DNA from: Octopus vulgaris
Taxonomy: Eukaryota
Direction: 5' to 3'
DNA length: 64,000 nucleotides
Assembly: GCA_951406725.2 (NCBI GenBank)
Contig: OX597842.1
Location: 14,446,001 to 14,510,000, forward strand
Part shown: positions 1 through 64,000 of the stretch, piece by piece
How the letters are laid out: each line of letters begins with the position of its first letter
Position numbering within the stretch: the stretch's first letter is position 1
Program-made: the position numbers and the translations under genes
The notes under the pieces: model-generated
What the model saw: only the letters and a program-made list of their open reading frames with translations
Told to the model about the DNA's origin: nothing
Database searches by the model: none

Positions 1-9
1 GATAGACAA

Positions 10-55
<46 letters not shown>

Positions 56-94
56 AAACAGATTATGAGATTCGAAGAAGACATGACTACTCAC

Positions 95-60046
<59,952 letters not shown>

Positions 60047-60928
60047 CTGGAACATAAAATTGATTTAAGGTGAAAATTTATGGAACAGGAAGGAATTAAA
60101 CTATGGAAATCATGAAGAGTTGATTACGGTTCTGTTGAAATTGATAAAGATGATGATGATGATGATGTTCAAGTGGGTGCAACTAACTGCAGTAGGATAT
60201 GGTAATAAATAAAGTTGGCGATAAAGCTAACTTATTGCGGTAGTGAGTGGTAATGAATGAAGTTAATGATAAAGGTAATGATGAACCTGACAATATTGAA
60301 AACTGAGAGAAAGAAAAGTGTTGCGGATAATAATGTCGGTAATGATGATGGGAACGAAGAAATTGATAATGAATGAGAAGTAAATGAAAATCGGTAAGAA
60401 GTAGAATAAGAAAAAGTAGAAGAAAAATATGAAGATGACGAAAAAGTAGACGAAATGAAATATAAATAAGAGCGATTAGAAATGTACAACGACGAAGAAG
60501 AAGAAGTAGAGCTGGAAAATACGAAGTAGAAGAAGAGAAAGAAAAAGAAGACATTTAGCACAAAATCAACATCAAATAAACAACATTAAAAACAATAATT
60601 AGAGGAAGTAGAAGTAAACGGAGAGAAAGAATATGCAGATGGAGAAGATAACTAAAATGATGAAACGAAGATAAGTAATATGATGAAAAGAAGAAGAAGA
60701 CGATGACAGATGCAAAGTAGAAGATAAAAAAATAAAAATGAATAAGAGTGGAAAAAATATGAGTGTGAAGAGAGTACAAAAGAAAAATTAGAAGAAGAAG
60801 ACGAAGAAGAAAAAGAAGAAGAGAGAGAAGAAGAAAAAGAAGAAGATGACGAAGAAGAAGAATATGTGTGTGTATGTGTGTGTGGGGGGATCTGTGTGTA
60901 TATATGTATGTATATGCATATGTATATA

Positions 60929-61823
60929 CGAGGGGATACACAAAAGTAACCGTAAATGTTCTCTGTAAGACAAACCCGTTGTAGTTCAGGTTTCCGTCGC
61001 TAAACTCCACTTGATGCGACTGTCAGGCATCAGTCAGCCAACCGGCGTTATCCGGTAGTGTTGAACTGCCGCGTAGTTCGTCTTTGTTTTGACGTGTTTC
61101 TGCTCAGTTCGTATGTTTTTTGCAATGGCTGGAACGAAGGAACATTGTGCTTCTGTGAAATTCTGTTTACTGCTGCTGAAAACTGCAGATGAACCAATTA
61201 TCATGCATCCCATTACAAGGATGATGCAATGGGCAAGTGTGCAAAAGTTTATGAATGTTTTTCACGATTTAGGAATGGTCAGTTGTCAGCTTGAAAACCA
61301 ACCTCATTCATGACAACCGTCGTCCTCCCGAACATCATGAAAATTCATGATCTGATCCTGGAGGACCGTCACTGAGCAATTGATGAACTGGTTGACATGT
61401 CGGTTTTGTCCTGGAGCTCCTGCCAATGAATTTTGTGCGAGGAATTGTGAATGAAAAGGGTTCCAGCAAAATCTATGACGCGTTTGCACACTGAATGTCA
61501 AAAATAGTCACGGCTGAATGCGTGTCGTTAGCTAGAAGAACAGTTATGAGGTTATCCGAAAGTGATTTCGAAGGTCATCACTGGTGACGAAAGCTGGCGC
61601 TACGGAATTTGAAGATGTTGAAGTAAGGAAAGAAAACGATGGGGGCGTGAAGAAGCATCACTTTGGAATAGGTCCAACACTGATTTCAGTAGCTGAAAAG
61701 GCGATTGGAACGATGCATTGATTAAAATGGAGAATACTTTGAACACAATAAAAGTGTAAATATGTAAAACTAAGTGAATAATATAATATTTCAAAATTAC
61801 GAATTATTTTGGGCACCCCCTCG
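60929..61823 (+). mobile_element. Internally deleted mariner element
   Basis: TIRs CGAGGGG...CAAAA / TTTTGGGCACCCCCTCG flanked by TA; VKFC..LxKT, EDR and VITGDESW remnants. Confidence 0.85.
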
Positions 61824-64000
61824 TATGTATGTACACAGAATCGGCTAAGGCCGAGTTTCCCTGGGATTATTAATACCTAAAATAGATATTATCTCATCAT
61901 GTCCTTATTCTTTGGGTAAACTGTTGTTTAAAAGATGCCAAGATGCGAAAATCCTCAGTTTGTCTGTCAATGTTAATTCACTGAGAATTGTAAATACACA
62001 GAACATAAGAAAAAACTAAAATACACTTTACTTTTATCTTTATATTTTCTGTGGTAAATATTTGTAGAACATACGCTACACATTTTCAAATTATCTTTAA
62101 AGTAATTGCTTTTCTAACAAGTAAACTTTTATAATGACTAACATAGTGCTTGAAGTAGACAATGTTCTTATTTTGCCCTTGGTTGCAGACAAGTGGTGAA
62201 GATCTCACATTTGATATTTAGGATGTCGACTGGCAAGCTAAGACTTCATAGTTTTTATCTTACAGAATATTGCTTATTGTACTCTGTACCTTATATATCT
62301 TCACCTTTGCAACTATACTCCACATAACAAGGTGTTCTACACCCACAACCCTTTAATTACCAGATCAATTTTGATTGTGAAATGATATGTTAGGCTTGCT
62401 AGTCATCATCTTGTAGAGTAGATTTGATAATTGTGTTGTTATCAATTTTCATTAGTCAATTATTGAATTGTTTTGTCTTTATTTGTCCATTTCGTTGTAC
62501 CTAGTTTTATTACACGTTCATACTATTATATATATAGAATTATAGCCAGATCTTTATATGTCGTCACTAATTACAATAATATTTATGTATTACTAATGCT
62601 ACCGATTCACATATTAATGATAATTTAGAGCTCAGACATTCAAAGTTGATATTATTTCTGTGTGCATGCATTTTTGTATTGATGAGTTTTACGGTTGGCG
62701 CTGTTGATTAATTGTTTGAATGATAGGCCATATTTTGGGCCACAACCGATTGTGCCCTTTGTTTATCCCCGCAAGAATCGATGCCAGATGAAGAAATAAT
62801 TATAGTTATAAGTCATTTGCATTATTTGGTACCTTCATAACATCTATGTTAACTAAGACTAAAAGCGTTAGCGGTAATACATTTCGAAAACTACATAGAG
62901 GTTCCTTTGTCTAGCTTCGTATCATTGTCACCATTGACCAATGAATGACTTTCTCACTGAGCCTACACCGCTGTCATATTGTTTCCGACGGCTTCGCCTG
63001 TAACCGTAGATTGAGTGAAAGATGGGTGATACGCTGAGCCAAAGAGCAGCTGTGTTTGCGCCAAAAAAGTATTCCCTTTTTTGACGTAATCCCTATATTT
63101 AAAGGCTGTTCCATTGTACAACGCCTCGTAACCTACCGAATAGTAGATTCTCACTCAAGATTTACACATTCACACACACATTCATAGCCATCCTTAATTC
63201 GAGCGAGTATGTCTTGGCAACACGTCTAATGCTTTTACTAATTGCTTCAGTTGCCTAAGTATTTCCGAGCAGACATAGATACTCTTTTATATCTCCAACC
63301 CTAACCCTAACCCAGCTGTCGCATCCAATACTTGACTGGTACACATTTACAGCTGAGTAGACTGGATCATTCCTGATCAACGTCCCAAACACCGAGCTTA
63401 GTTCAAGAACTGAACCAATCACATTATGATCGTGCAGCGACATGCTAATCACTGTGTCATATCTTTCACACACACTGAGGTACTACACGTAGAAACTGAT
63501 GCCAACAGCTCAAATGCAGCCCAAAACAATTTTCCCCTCTCATTAACAAGTCACAGGATCCACGCTCAAATCATATCCAGTGCTATGGCAGTTTTAACAG
63601 TCGTGAAACATCTCAGCTCAGATTTAATCTATTGGCTGAAGCTAAAGTCACAGAGATGGCAGAAAATGATAGAATATCATCAAATGCCTGACAAGAAATT
63701 CAAAGTTGTCTCTTGAATAAAGTCCAAAATCTTTTCACTCAAAAACATCTACAAATCAAAGGATTGTGGCAGCCTTAAAGAATACTCATCTGTTTTCTTT
63801 GGATCATGAAGGAAGTCACTTTTGAAGAAGAACATCACTATAGGAGAATGTAGATCCCGTGTATATCTAGGACGGAATTTAAAAGACATTTTTTTTCATT
63901 TTAGAACCAGAAAATATTTCAATCCTAACAACTTCCACATTTTTACGCTCAAGTAACCAAAGTAAGACCACTCTTTTTATTAACATTCCTTCAGTAATAT

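Noticed and set aside
62963-63473. Two short minus-strand ORFs and a (CTAACC)2 telomere-like motif near 63295-63313
   Set aside because: No domain similarity recognised; two or three hexamers are expected by chance.

Overview
AT-rich, microsatellite- and transposon-dense animal DNA. The SINE and Penelope families I recognise point to a coleoid cephalopod, probably Octopus (inference). The whole window appears to lie inside one minus-strand multi-exon gene that the ORF track shows only as fragments. Eighteen GT-AG exons splice in frame with no stop codon (about 1876 nt, about 625 aa). They encode LRR x4 - LRRCT - Ly6/uPAR (three-finger) domain - [SEA-like + hormone-receptor (HRM)] x2, plus the start of a third module. 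This looks like the ectodomain of an adhesion-GPCR-like receptor whose start and GAIN/7TM end lie outside the window. The LRR part is a birth-and-death array of 72-nt exon cassettes (4 intact, 3 damaged, 2 apparently deleted) that differ mainly at ligand-face residues. The introns carry decayed R4-, Hero-, Tx1-, CR1-, mariner-, maT- and pogo-like elements, tRNA-derived SINEs, and Penelope-type inverted repeats with five hammerhead ribozyme motifs. No rRNA, true tRNA gene or CRISPR array was seen.
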